Positions 26,474 to 35,971 of a DNA stretch of 64,000 bases are shown piece after piece; the stretch's first letter is position 1; every line of letters begins with the position of its first letter. Source of the stretch: a virus (lineage: Duplodnaviria > Caudoviricetes). Made by a program: the position numbers and the translations under genes. The notes below the pieces were generated by a model. It was not told where the DNA came from. It did not search any database and saw nothing but the letters and a program-made list of their open reading frames with translations. The stretch covers positions 96,001 to 160,000 of IMG/VR virus record IMGVR_UViG_3300044297_000138. One strand, given 5' to 3'.

Positions 26474-26503
26474 TGAGTTTCTTGTAAACATTTTGTCTTT
26501 GTT

Positions 26504-27529
26504 ATGTCCGTTTTTATTGATAGAACCTTTCTGCTAAGGGTGTCCCCTAAGCTTCAAAAATTCACACAGAAAAAATCTGATCTTTATAATTTCAGATGCC
26601 CTATCTGTGGCGATTCTTCCAAAAATAAGACTAAAGCTCGTGGTTATATCTACGAGAAAAAAAATAACTATTTCTTTATGTGTCACAATTGTGGTGCATC
26701 CATGTCTTTTTACAATTTCCTGGATAAAGTTGATCCACACCTACTTAAAGAATATGCACTTGAAAGATACAAAAATGGTGAAGATGGAAAAGCAAACTAT
26801 ACAAAGCCTACATTTGAGATTGCTAAAGGCACTCCCACATTTAAATCCAAATTATCTTTACCGTCCATACAATCGTTGCCAACTGGCCATTTTGCAAAAG
26901 AATATGTGGAAAACAGGAAAATTCCCGAAACTCATTTTTCATCGTTATATTTTGCCGAAGATTTTAAAAAGTTTGTTGAAAGCCTCGGCATTGAAAAAGA
27001 CGGATTAAAAGAGGATGATCCACGATTGGTTATTCCTTTTTATGATGAAGAAAAAAATCTTGTGGCATTTCAAGGACGTGCTCTCGGTGAATCTAAACTG
27101 AGATATATTACCGTAAAAATTGATAAAGACAATCACAAAGTTTTTGGTATGGACCGTGTGAGTGTTGACATGGATGATGAAGATAAAATGGTCTATGTCA
27201 CAGAAGGACCTATTGACTCACTTTTTTTGGATAATGCCATAGCAACAGCAGATGCAAATCTGAGGACAGCAGCTAAACACATTGATAAATCAAAGTTAGT
27301 ATTGATTTATGACAATGAACCACGCAATAAAGATATTTGCCGACAAATGGAACAGGCAATAGAGGAACATTTCAATATTGTTATATGGCCTGAAATGATT
27401 GAAGAAAAAGATATCAACGAAATGGTCTTGGCTGGTTTCTCACCTGACGAAATCCAAGATATCATAAGTAAAAATACATATCAAAATTTAAGAGCAAAAA
27501 TTGAATTTGTAAATTGGAGAAAAACATGA
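26504..27529 (+). CDS. 61: gp61 DNA primase
   Basis: NFRCPICGDS...CHNC zinc finger, FQGR, TOPRIM EGPIDS and YDNEPRN. Confidence 0.95.
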   Translation: MSVFIDRTFLLRVSPKLQKFTQKKSDLYNFRCPICGDSSKNKTKARGYIYEKKNNYFFMCHNCGASMSFYNFLDKVDPHLLKEYALERYKNGEDGKANYTKPTFEIAKGTPTFKSKLSLPSIQSLPTGHFAKEYVENRKIPETHFSSLYFAEDFKKFVESLGIEKDGLKEDDPRLVIPFYDEEKNLVAFQGRALGESKLRYITVKIDKDNHKVFGMDRVSVDMDDEDKMVYVTEGPIDSLFLDNAIATADANLRTAAKHIDKSKLVLIYDNEPRNKDICRQMEQAIEEHFNIVIWPEMIEEKDINEMVLAGFSPDEIQDIISKNTYQNLRAKIEFVNWRKT

Positions 27530-28221
27530 AAGTAACATTAATTAATTATTCACAAGGCCCCTTTGAAAACATTCTCGGTGTGGATGTACCATCTAAAACG
27601 AATCTTTTAGATCAAATCGCATACTGTGCCAGAGTATCAAATCCTGCTAACCAAAACAACACGGAAACATCAGAAAAACTGGTCCGTTATCTGATTAAGA
27701 ACCAACACTGGTCTCCGTTGGAGATGGTTTCCGTCTGTGTGGAAATTGAAACTACCCGTGATATTGCTCGACAGATTTTGCGTCACCGTTCCTTCTCTTT
27801 CCAAGAATTCAGTCAGCGTTATGCTGATGCATCACAATTAGGTTTTGAATTGCGTGAACCTCGTTTGCAAGATACAAAGAATCGTCAAAATAGTGTTGAA
27901 TTGAATACTGATGATGAGGATGACAGATTTATATTTTCTGAATGGAATCTTAGACAACAAGAAGTGATTGATTTAGTAGAAGAACACTATAATTGGGCTT
28001 TAGAAGCTGGTATAGCCAAAGAACAAGCAAGATCCATTTTACCTGAAGGTAATACTGGTTCTCGCATGTATATGAATGGAACTTTGCGTTCTTGGGTTCA
28101 CTATATACAACTCCGTTCAGCAAATGGAACACAAAAAGAACACCGTGAAGTTGCATTGGCCTGTGCTGATGCGATTGAACCTATTTTCCCAATGATTAAA
28201 GAATTTATAACACAAGAATAA
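27526..28221 (+). CDS. thyX: FAD-dependent thymidylate synthase
   Basis: RHRSFSFQEFSQRY signature; HWSPLE; ARVS. Confidence 0.95.
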   Translation: MKVTLINYSQGPFENILGVDVPSKTNLLDQIAYCARVSNPANQNNTETSEKLVRYLIKNQHWSPLEMVSVCVEIETTRDIARQILRHRSFSFQEFSQRYADASQLGFELREPRLQDTKNRQNSVELNTDDEDDRFIFSEWNLRQQEVIDLVEEHYNWALEAGIAKEQARSILPEGNTGSRMYMNGTLRSWVHYIQLRSANGTQKEHREVALACADAIEPIFPMIKEFITQE

Positions 28222-28230
28222 GGATAAAAT

Positions 28231-30042
28231 ATGCAACATCTAGGAATCAAAATAGATTTAGAAAAAGATAAACTATTTGATGAATTGGGAATTAAAAGAT
28301 TAAAAGAATCTTATATGAGAGATGATGAGGAAAGTCCTCAACAAAGATTTGCATATGTTTCAAAACAATTTGGTACAGATAAAGATCATGCACAAAGACT
28401 TTATGAATATTCTAGCAAACATTGGTTATCGTATTCTACACCGATTCTATCTTTTGGTCGTAGCAAGCGTGGTTTACCAATTTCTTGTTTCTTAAATTAT
28501 ATTGAAGATACTGCGGAGGGTTTAGTTGATAATCTTTCAGAAACTAATTGGCTTTCTATGCTTGGTGGCGGTGTTGGGATTGGTTTTGGTATTCGTTCGG
28601 CGGATGATAAATCTACTGGCGTTATGCCGCACCTCAAAATTTACGATGCATCTAGTTTGGCGTATCGCCAAGGTAGCACTCGCCGTGGGTCTTATGCTGC
28701 CTATCTTGATATTTCCCATCCTGATATTATTCCCTTCCTTGAGATGAGAAAACCGACAGGCGACCAAAATGTTCGTTGCCTGAATCTACATCACGGCATT
28801 AATATCACCGATGACTTCATGCAGATTATTGAAAACTGCATGATTGATAAGGATGCGAGCGATGATTGGAAACTTATTGATCCGGCTTCAAATGAAATTC
28901 GTGAAGTTGTATCAGCAAGAATGTTGTGGGAAAAAATTCTAGATTTACGTATGCATACGGGTGAACCATATCTACATTTTATTGATACGAGCAATCGTTT
29001 TCTTCCTGAGTGGTTAAAAGAAAAAAATTTAAAGATACATCAATCAAACTTGTGTTCTGAAATTATTCTTCCTACAAATGAAGAAAGAACCGCTGTATGT
29101 TGTTTATCATCCTTAAATCTGGAGTATTATGATGAATGGAAAGAAAATTCTGTCTTTCTCCGTGACGTTGCTGAAATGCTTGATAATGTACTTAATTATT
29201 TTATTGATAATGCTCCAGCAGCCATCGAAAGAGCTAAATATTCTGCTATGCGTGAACGCAGCATTGGTATTGGTGCTTTGGGATTTCATGCTTATCTGCA
29301 AAGAAAAGGCGTGGCGTTTGAAGGAGTGATGGCCAAAGTTTTAAACAATTCAATGTTCAAAAATATTAGAGAAGGACTTGACGATGCTAACTTGGTTCTT
29401 GGAAAAATTAGGGGTGAAGCTCCAGATGCTGTTGGCTACGGTAAACGTTTTAGTCATCTTATGGCTATTGCTCCAAATGCTTCTTCGTCTATCATTATGG
29501 GAAACACTAGCCCTAGTATTGAACCTTATCGTGCTAATGCTTATCGCCAGGATACGTTATCTGGCTCATTTTTGAATAAGAACAAATATCTAGATAAAGT
29601 GATTATGAATCATCTTTCTCCGGACGGTTCACCATTGACACCAAAAGGTGAAGAATTTTATGCTGAAATTTGGTCATCAATTATTGCAAATGATGGATCG
29701 GTTCAACATTTGGATTGGATGGATGAAAACACAAAAGCAGTATACAAAACATCCATGGAAATTGACCAGCGTTGGGTAATTGAACATGCATCCGACCGTC
29801 AACAATATATTGACCAAGCGCAATCACTAAATCTATTTTTCCGTCCAGATGTAAATATTAAATATCTACATGCAATTCATTTTATGGCATGGAAAAAAGG
29901 ACTTAAAACTCTTTATTACTGCCGTAGTGAAAAATTAGCCAAGGCAGATAAAGTGGCCAAAAAAATTGAAAGACAAGTTATCAAAGAACTTGATATGACA
30001 CAGATTGCACAAGGTAACGACTGCATTGCCTGTGAAGGTTAA
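28231..30042 (+). CDS. nrdA: Class I ribonucleotide reductase alpha subunit (no ATP cone)
   Basis: ISCF, SNLCSEI, AIAPNASSS, KTLYY, C-terminal CIACEG. Confidence 0.95.
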   Translation: MQHLGIKIDLEKDKLFDELGIKRLKESYMRDDEESPQQRFAYVSKQFGTDKDHAQRLYEYSSKHWLSYSTPILSFGRSKRGLPISCFLNYIEDTAEGLVDNLSETNWLSMLGGGVGIGFGIRSADDKSTGVMPHLKIYDASSLAYRQGSTRRGSYAAYLDISHPDIIPFLEMRKPTGDQNVRCLNLHHGINITDDFMQIIENCMIDKDASDDWKLIDPASNEIREVVSARMLWEKILDLRMHTGEPYLHFIDTSNRFLPEWLKEKNLKIHQSNLCSEIILPTNEERTAVCCLSSLNLEYYDEWKENSVFLRDVAEMLDNVLNYFIDNAPAAIERAKYSAMRERSIGIGALGFHAYLQRKGVAFEGVMAKVLNNSMFKNIREGLDDANLVLGKIRGEAPDAVGYGKRFSHLMAIAPNASSSIIMGNTSPSIEPYRANAYRQDTLSGSFLNKNKYLDKVIMNHLSPDGSPLTPKGEEFYAEIWSSIIANDGSVQHLDWMDENTKAVYKTSMEIDQRWVIEHASDRQQYIDQAQSLNLFFRPDVNIKYLHAIHFMAWKKGLKTLYYCRSEKLAKADKVAKKIERQVIKELDMTQIAQGNDCIACEG

Positions 30043-30044
30043 TA

Positions 30045-30749
30045 ATGACAGCACTACTTTATACTCTTATAGTTACACACATTACGATTGTTTGTGTAAC
30101 CATATTTTTACATAGAGGTCAAGCACATAAAGGATTGATTTTTAATCCTATATTAGAACACTTTATGAGGTTCTGGTTGTGGTTGACTACCGGCATGGTT
30201 ACGAAACAATGGGTTGCAATTCACCGTAAACATCATCGTTATAGTGATTTAAATGGTGATCCTCATAGCCCACATGTATATGGTTTTTGGAAAGTATTAT
30301 TCAAAGGAGCATTACTGTACCATGAAGCATCAAAAGATAAAGACATGGTTAATACATATGGCGTTGGTACTCCTTCTGATTGGATTGAGCACAACATATA
30401 CAGTAATCACTCCAGACTTGGCATTGGCCTTCTCTTTTTGTTCAACACGTTAATATTTGGATGGTTGGGTATATTGATTTGGTTGATACAAATGATTTGG
30501 ATTCCATTTTGGGCCGCAGGTGTTATAAATGGTGTTGGACATTTTTTTGGATATAGAAATGGAGAAACAAAAGATTCTTCCAAAAACATTTTTCCTTGGG
30601 GTATAATCATTGGTGGAGAATGTCTACATAACAATCATCATCTAGATCCAGCAAATCCAAAATTGAGTCGCCGCTGGTTTGAATTTGATATTGGCTGGTT
30701 TTATATAAAAGTTTTAGAAAAAGTTGGATTATTAAAAATTAGGAGTTAA
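30045..30749 (+). CDS. Membrane fatty acid (acyl-CoA/acyl-lipid) desaturase
   Basis: His boxes HRGQAH, HRKHH, HNNHH; TM segments. Confidence 0.9.
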   Translation: MTALLYTLIVTHITIVCVTIFLHRGQAHKGLIFNPILEHFMRFWLWLTTGMVTKQWVAIHRKHHRYSDLNGDPHSPHVYGFWKVLFKGALLYHEASKDKDMVNTYGVGTPSDWIEHNIYSNHSRLGIGLLFLFNTLIFGWLGILIWLIQMIWIPFWAAGVINGVGHFFGYRNGETKDSSKNIFPWGIIIGGECLHNNHHLDPANPKLSRRWFEFDIGWFYIKVLEKVGLLKIRS

Positions 30750-30750
30750 A

Positions 30751-31188
30751 ATGAAAAAATTAATTTCAATATTATTATTTTTACCATTAATAGTATTAGC
30801 ACAACAACAAAAGGATGGTGTCACATACGATGCAACTATAACAAGAGTCATCGATGGTGATACCGTAGCATTTCAAGCCAACTGGTTGCCTGAACCTCTT
30901 AAAAAGGAGTTGTCAATCAGAGTCTTTGGCGTCGATACTCCAGAAAAAGGATTTAGAGCAAAATGTCCTCAAGAAGATGCTAGAGGACAAGCCGCAACTA
31001 ATTTTACCAAAAGTGCAGTTGCAAAAGCTAAGAAACGACAAATCATTATCATGGACTGGGACAAATATGGTGGTCGTGTCTTGGGTGATGTATTACTAGA
31101 TGGTTATAGTCTAAGACATATGTTAATGGCGAATGGTTTTGCTAGGGAATATTATGGTGAAGCAAAAACATCTTGGTGTATTCAATAA
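30751..31188 (+). CDS. Thermonuclease (SNase-like) with signal peptide
   Basis: RVIDGDT, IRVFGVDTPE, DKYGGRVL, GFA. Confidence 0.9.
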   Translation: MKKLISILLFLPLIVLAQQQKDGVTYDATITRVIDGDTVAFQANWLPEPLKKELSIRVFGVDTPEKGFRAKCPQEDARGQAATNFTKSAVAKAKKRQIIIMDWDKYGGRVLGDVLLDGYSLRHMLMANGFAREYYGEAKTSWCIQ

Positions 31189-31199
31189 AAGGATAATAA

Positions 31200-31451
31200 A
31201 TGAAAAGAGTAATAAGATTTACAGCTTCATGGTGTCAACCATGTAAAACATTAGCAAAGAATTTGGAAACAGTAAACAACGTGAAAAGCATTCCAATTGA
31301 AGTTATTGATATTGATGTTAATCCAGAACTTGCCATGGAATATGGCATTAGAAGTGTGCCAACTTTAATAATGAAAGAAGAAAACGTAGAAGTTAAAAGA
31401 TTTAGTGGTGTTCGTTCTCTTAAAGAATTAGAAGGATGGATCAATGATTAA
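31200..31451 (+). CDS. Thioredoxin
   Basis: WCQPC; IRSVPT. Confidence 0.9.
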   Translation: MKRVIRFTASWCQPCKTLAKNLETVNNVKSIPIEVIDIDVNPELAMEYGIRSVPTLIMKEENVEVKRFSGVRSLKELEGWIND

Positions 31452-32430
31452 AAAAGCAGAATCAAAATTAACTGACGAAAGAAATTCGTTTAAACCATTC
31501 AATTATCCTTGGGCATATGATGCTTGGTTGAAACACGAACAAATTCATTGGTTACATACCGAAGTTCCAATGCTTGAGGATATGAAAGATTGGAAGAAGA
31601 AACTGACGGCTGAAGAAAAACAATTCTTAACTCATATTTTTCGTTTCTTTACACAAGGTGATATTGATGTTGCCGGTGGTTATGTTAAAAATTATCTTCC
31701 GTATTTTCCACAACCAGAAATTCGTATGATGTTGATGGGTTTTGCTGCTCGTGAAGCACTACACATTGCTGCTTATTCACACTTGATTGAAACCCTTGGT
31801 TTACCCGAGACTACATACAATCAATTTCTTGAATATCAAGAAATGAAAGACAAACACGACTATGTGTTAGACATTGCAAGTAAAAACGGAACAAAAGAGA
31901 ATACTGCACGCCATATCGCCGTGTTCAGTGCTTTTACTGAAGGTATGCAGTTATTCTCCTCTTTTATTATGTTGTTGAATTTCCCACGCCACGGTAAAAT
32001 GAAAGGAATGGGTCAAATCGTTACTTGGTCTATTGTTGATGAAACGATGCACGCCGAGAACATGATGAAACTATTCAAAACATATGTTGGTGAAAATCCT
32101 GAAATCTGGACGGACGAATTAAAGTCCAGCATTTATACTATTGCCGAAAAAATGGTAGATTTAGAAGATAAGTTTATTGATTTGGCTTTTGGTGTGACTG
32201 AGATGGAAGGACTAAGTAGTGATGATGTAAAAAAATATATTCGTTACATTGCTGATCGCAGATTGATTGGTCTTGGAATGAAAGGTATTTTTAAGGTGAA
32301 ACGTAATCCTCTTCCTTGGGTTGAGGAAATGATTAATGCACCAACACACACCAACTTCTTTGAGAATCGTGCAACAGATTATGCAAAAGGTGCCACGCAA
32401 GGTGATTGGAGTGAGGTTTGGGCTCATTAA
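31444..32430 (+). CDS. nrdB: Class I ribonucleotide reductase beta subunit
   Basis: D, EALH..AY, EGMQLF, DETMH iron ligands and radical Tyr; NFFE. Confidence 0.95.
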   Translation: MIKKAESKLTDERNSFKPFNYPWAYDAWLKHEQIHWLHTEVPMLEDMKDWKKKLTAEEKQFLTHIFRFFTQGDIDVAGGYVKNYLPYFPQPEIRMMLMGFAAREALHIAAYSHLIETLGLPETTYNQFLEYQEMKDKHDYVLDIASKNGTKENTARHIAVFSAFTEGMQLFSSFIMLLNFPRHGKMKGMGQIVTWSIVDETMHAENMMKLFKTYVGENPEIWTDELKSSIYTIAEKMVDLEDKFIDLAFGVTEMEGLSSDDVKKYIRYIADRRLIGLGMKGIFKVKRNPLPWVEEMINAPTHTNFFENRATDYAKGATQGDWSEVWAH

Positions 32431-32439
32431 GGAGAATAA

Positions 32440-32625
32440 ATGAAAACAATAACAGCAGAGTGTTCAAACTGCGAATCATCTTATGATATAATTTACCAAG
32501 AACAATTAGTGTCTGAAGAATATCCAGAAATTTGTCCGTTTTGCGGCGAACAGATTGATGAGCTTACGGAGTCCGACTATATAGAGGATGACGATGCTAT
32601 GGATAATCAAGAATGGGACGATTGA
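32440..32625 (+). CDS. Small zinc-ribbon protein with acidic tail
   Basis: CSNC...CPFCG. Confidence 0.7.
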   Translation: MKTITAECSNCESSYDIIYQEQLVSEEYPEICPFCGEQIDELTESDYIEDDDAMDNQEWDD

Positions 32626-33029
32626 ATTGGATTTATAAACAAAACGACTTTGTTGAAGAAATGATTGGTGAGAATTACGGTTTTGTATACTGTATCACCA
32701 ATACAACAACCGGTAAAAAATACATTGGTAAGAAATTTTTCTACAGCTCAAAGACCAAACAGGTAAAAGGTAAGAAGAAACGTTTAAAAGTTTCCTCGGA
32801 CTGGCAAACTTATTATGGAAGTAATGAGGAGTTGAAAAAAGATGTTATAATACATGGTCAAGAGGCTTTTGTCCGTGAGATACTACACCTTTGCAAAAGT
32901 AAAGGAGAATGTGGTTATCTTGAGGCCAAAGAACAGTTTGTGAATGGTGTATTAGAAAGTGACAATTATTATAATACCTGGATTATGGTAAGAGTAAGAA
33001 AGTCACATATCAAGGGATTACAATGTTAA
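32613..33029 (+). CDS. GIY-YIG endonuclease
   Basis: GFVYCITN...KYIGKK, YYGS, conserved E and YYN. Confidence 0.8.
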   Translation: MGRLNWIYKQNDFVEEMIGENYGFVYCITNTTTGKKYIGKKFFYSSKTKQVKGKKKRLKVSSDWQTYYGSNEELKKDVIIHGQEAFVREILHLCKSKGECGYLEAKEQFVNGVLESDNYYNTWIMVRVRKSHIKGLQC

Positions 33030-33370
33030 GTGTTTTTCAAAAAATAAAAGATTTTGATACAATCTTTTTTGTTCCGAATCCTGAATCGGATAATGATAAT
33101 GAGGTTCAAATAGAAGTTGCAAATTATAAAGAAGTTGGTGAAAAAGTTGGTGGTTCCGAAATGGGTGACTTATATGATATTATTGTGTTTCGTTTAGATG
33201 AAGAAAGTAATGTTACCGATTTAGATAAATTTGAAGGTATTTTAGTTGAACCTAGAGAATATGTTTCCAGAATGATTAAAGAAGATTGGTATGGAATGGT
33301 TTCCAGGAAAACCACAACTTCCGACAAACTTACCACAGACGTATTTGCCAAATGGTCGGCTTTGTGTTAA
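33023..33370 (+). CDS. Hypothetical acidic protein
   Basis: Coupled ORF in the operon. Confidence 0.6.
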   Translation: MLSVFQKIKDFDTIFFVPNPESDNDNEVQIEVANYKEVGEKVGGSEMGDLYDIIVFRLDEESNVTDLDKFEGILVEPREYVSRMIKEDWYGMVSRKTTTSDKLTTDVFAKWSALC

Positions 33371-33396
33371 AATACTAAAAACTTTGAAAGTATATT

Positions 33397-34260
33397 ATGA
33401 TTCTCGTTGATTTGAACCAAGTCTTGCTTGCAGGCCTGATGGCACAGATTGCCAACCAGAAACCAAAGGTTAATTTGGAAGAAGGCCTAGTTAGGCATAT
33501 GGTACTGAATATCATTAGGACTCACCTAAGAAACTTCCGTGAACAATACGGTGAAGTTGTGTTGTGTTGTGACAACCGCAAATACTGGCGTAAGGATTTC
33601 TTTCCTTTCTATAAGGCACACCGAAAGAAAGCCAGAGAAAAGTCTGATTTGGATTGGCATCTGATTTTTGATATGTTGGCCAAGTTTAAATTGGAACTTA
33701 AAGAGAATTTTCCATACAAGGTAATTGATGTTGAAGGTGCCGAAGCCGATGATATCATTGGTACACTTGCACCAAGACATGTCATGCATGAAGATGTATT
33801 GATTATTTCCAGTGATGGTGATTTTTTGCAATTACAAATGTATAATGGCCGCAGTCAATATACAATCAAACAATATAATCCCGCACAGAAGAAATTTGTG
33901 ATATCCCACGATCCTGTAAAAGAGTTGAAAATGAAAATTATCAACGGAGATTCTGGTGATGGCATTCCAAATATACTATCGTCAAGTGACACTTTCGTTA
34001 CCGGTCAAAGACAAAAACGCATGACCGAACAAAAGATGGAAAAATATCTAAATGAAGAATATGTAAACTACGATACGATTGCAAATACTGGTTTTGCTCG
34101 CAATCAGGTATTGATTGACTTGAGAAACATTCCGAATGATATCAAAGACAAAATTATAAATATGTATGACGAAACAAAGCCAGCATCAAAAAACAAAATG
34201 TTGGATTACTTTATTGCTAACAAACTTAAAAATTTGATGGAAGTTATTGAGGAATTTTAA
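33397..34260 (+). CDS. rnh: T4-type RNase H / 5'-3' exonuclease
   Basis: MILVD, YWRK..FP.YK, EADDIIG, SSDGDF.QL, GDSGDGIPN. Confidence 0.93.
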   Translation: MILVDLNQVLLAGLMAQIANQKPKVNLEEGLVRHMVLNIIRTHLRNFREQYGEVVLCCDNRKYWRKDFFPFYKAHRKKAREKSDLDWHLIFDMLAKFKLELKENFPYKVIDVEGAEADDIIGTLAPRHVMHEDVLIISSDGDFLQLQMYNGRSQYTIKQYNPAQKKFVISHDPVKELKMKIINGDSGDGIPNILSSSDTFVTGQRQKRMTEQKMEKYLNEEYVNYDTIANTGFARNQVLIDLRNIPNDIKDKIINMYDETKPASKNKMLDYFIANKLKNLMEVIEEF

Positions 34261-34685
34261 TGAAACCACTTTATGAAGTTTTTGATGAATTTGAAAAAGC
34301 CACGACTAAACAAGAAAGAATGGATATCGTTGGCCGAAATTTATCGCAAACATTGGTAGATGTACTAAAATTAACTTTTCATCCTGACTACAAATGGAAA
34401 GTTAAAGGCCTTCCCGAAAATTATAGGATACCAGATGATGTTTTGCCTGGTCTAACCTATGATACATTGAATTCACAAATTCGTAGATTGTATCTTTTTC
34501 AAGAAGGTAACAATACAGCAGAACAATTAACCGAAAGAAGAAGAACAGAATTATTGTTTCAAATTTTAAATTCACTAGAGCCCCGTGAAGCTGAAATTAT
34601 TATGGGCATCTTTTCAAAAGATCAAGGTGTAAAAGGTTTAAATTATAAATTTGTAAAAGAGGCTTTTCCACAAATGCTTCCATGA
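34260..34685 (+). CDS. Conserved T4-like hypothetical protein downstream of rnh
   Basis: RRTELL.Q.L.SL.P.EA...VKEAFP pattern. Confidence 0.7.
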   Translation: MKPLYEVFDEFEKATTKQERMDIVGRNLSQTLVDVLKLTFHPDYKWKVKGLPENYRIPDDVLPGLTYDTLNSQIRRLYLFQEGNNTAEQLTERRRTELLFQILNSLEPREAEIIMGIFSKDQGVKGLNYKFVKEAFPQMLP

Positions 34686-35050
34686 ACAAAGATAGAATCA
34701 TCGTCACATCAGGAATATTTGATCCACTCACATTAAAAGAACTACGATTTCTCCAGAAATGCAAAAATAAAGGAGATTGGTTAATCGTAGGAATATATTC
34801 TGATATCAATCTACACATGAGAACAGGCTATCTAAATCAAAACTACGAAACACGCCGAGAAATTATTGAAGAACTAAGGTGTGTTGATGAAGTTTTTAGA
34901 TTCCATGATGGTGATGGTACGGTTTGCAATTTATTAAAATTAGTTAAGTTCTGTTATCCCTTGTCAGACATAACTTATATCACAGATTCCGATATGCATA
35001 ATATGCCGGAAACTAAAATCAAGGGAATAAATTTTGAAGTATTAAAGTAA
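34682..35050 (+). CDS. Degenerate cytidylyltransferase-fold (TagD/RfaE-like) protein
   Basis: IVTSGIFDPL..., GDWLIVG..SD, R..I...L.CVDEV; the HxGH motif is replaced by TLKE. Confidence 0.65.
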   Translation: MNKDRIIVTSGIFDPLTLKELRFLQKCKNKGDWLIVGIYSDINLHMRTGYLNQNYETRREIIEELRCVDEVFRFHDGDGTVCNLLKLVKFCYPLSDITYITDSDMHNMPETKIKGINFEVLK

Positions 35051-35059
35051 GGAGTTTTT

Positions 35060-35257
35060 GTGTCAAAATTTGTTGCAAAGTTTCGTAAAGACAGAGACTA
35101 TAGCGATGATTCATACTACGGTAATTTTTCCAAGAAAAATGAGAATCGTAGTAATAGAACCAAAAAATTAATTAAATATGATAATGATGCATATCTATCG
35201 GAATACGAAAGTGAATTCGTAAAACCCGCTAGAAAAAAAGCAAAACGATTTGATTAA
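35060..35257 (+). CDS. Small hypothetical protein
   Basis: AGGAG RBS plus GTG start. Confidence 0.55.
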   Translation: MSKFVAKFRKDRDYSDDSYYGNFSKKNENRSNRTKKLIKYDNDAYLSEYESEFVKPARKKAKRFD

Positions 35258-35265
35258 TCCTTACT

Positions 35266-35318
35266 TGTTGTAAAAATACAACACCATTGTTGACAAGTAT
35301 CATCAATTCAGATATAAT
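35266..35318 (+). promoter_or_regulatory. sigma70-type early promoter with upstream TGTTG-N8-CAACA palindrome
   Basis: TGTTGTAAAAATACAACA, then TTGACA-17-TATAAT (35290-35318). Confidence 0.75.
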
Positions 35319-35345
35319 AGAGTTATCTGTTTTGGAGATATTTCA

Positions 35346-35678
35346 ATGATGATTCACACCTATACTCGCAAATCCAAAAAGCGCAAGCCTAATGCAGCTC
35401 AGCGCCAGCTGGCGGCCGAGTGGGATTCTATTGTGAAAAAATATGAACCCCAAAAACCCATCAAAACAAATATTGAACCTTGGACTCAAACCAAGTCTTA
35501 TGTTCGGCAAACACCGTATTACCCTTCATTAAATACAGGTATGGGTGTTGCAACTAAATCCAATACAAAAGTATATACTGGTGATAAAATGATTGGTATC
35601 GCCACCCTACACAAATCCAATGCTGTTCCTGTTTTTAATAGTGAAGATGCCGTGGATATTTCTAAAATGAGGCGTTAA
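35346..35678 (+). CDS. Conserved hypothetical phage protein
   Basis: VYTG..MIGIATLHKSNAVPVF...ISKMRR. Confidence 0.7.
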   Translation: MMIHTYTRKSKKRKPNAAQRQLAAEWDSIVKKYEPQKPIKTNIEPWTQTKSYVRQTPYYPSLNTGMGVATKSNTKVYTGDKMIGIATLHKSNAVPVFNSEDAVDISKMRR

Positions 35679-35791
35679 AATGAAAGAGAAAATGTCGTTT
35701 GTTGTAAAATTACAACGTCCTGTTTGTCGGACACCAATTAAACCTGTACAAAAACACAAAGTTGATGTAAAATACTCCCGTAAGGTGAAAC

Positions 35792-35971
35792 ATGCAGCAA
35801 AAAACTTGGATCGGTGATATCATTGAAGTTAATGACGGCACAGGAGATGCAATATTGCAATTTCCTGATGACTTTATTGCTGAGGTCGGTTGGAAAGAAG
35901 GCACCGAATTAAATCTTGAATTGCGAGAAACACCTACAGGCAATGTTATTGTTATTACGGAGAAAAAATAA
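35792..35971 (+). CDS. AbrB/MazE-like swapped-hairpin DNA-binding protein (59 aa, below the ORF-track cutoff)
   Basis: GDAILQFPDDFIAEVGWKEGTELNLE; AAGG RBS; stop overlaps the next ATG. Confidence 0.6.
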   Translation: MQQKTWIGDIIEVNDGTGDAILQFPDDFIAEVGWKEGTELNLELRETPTGNVIVITEKK

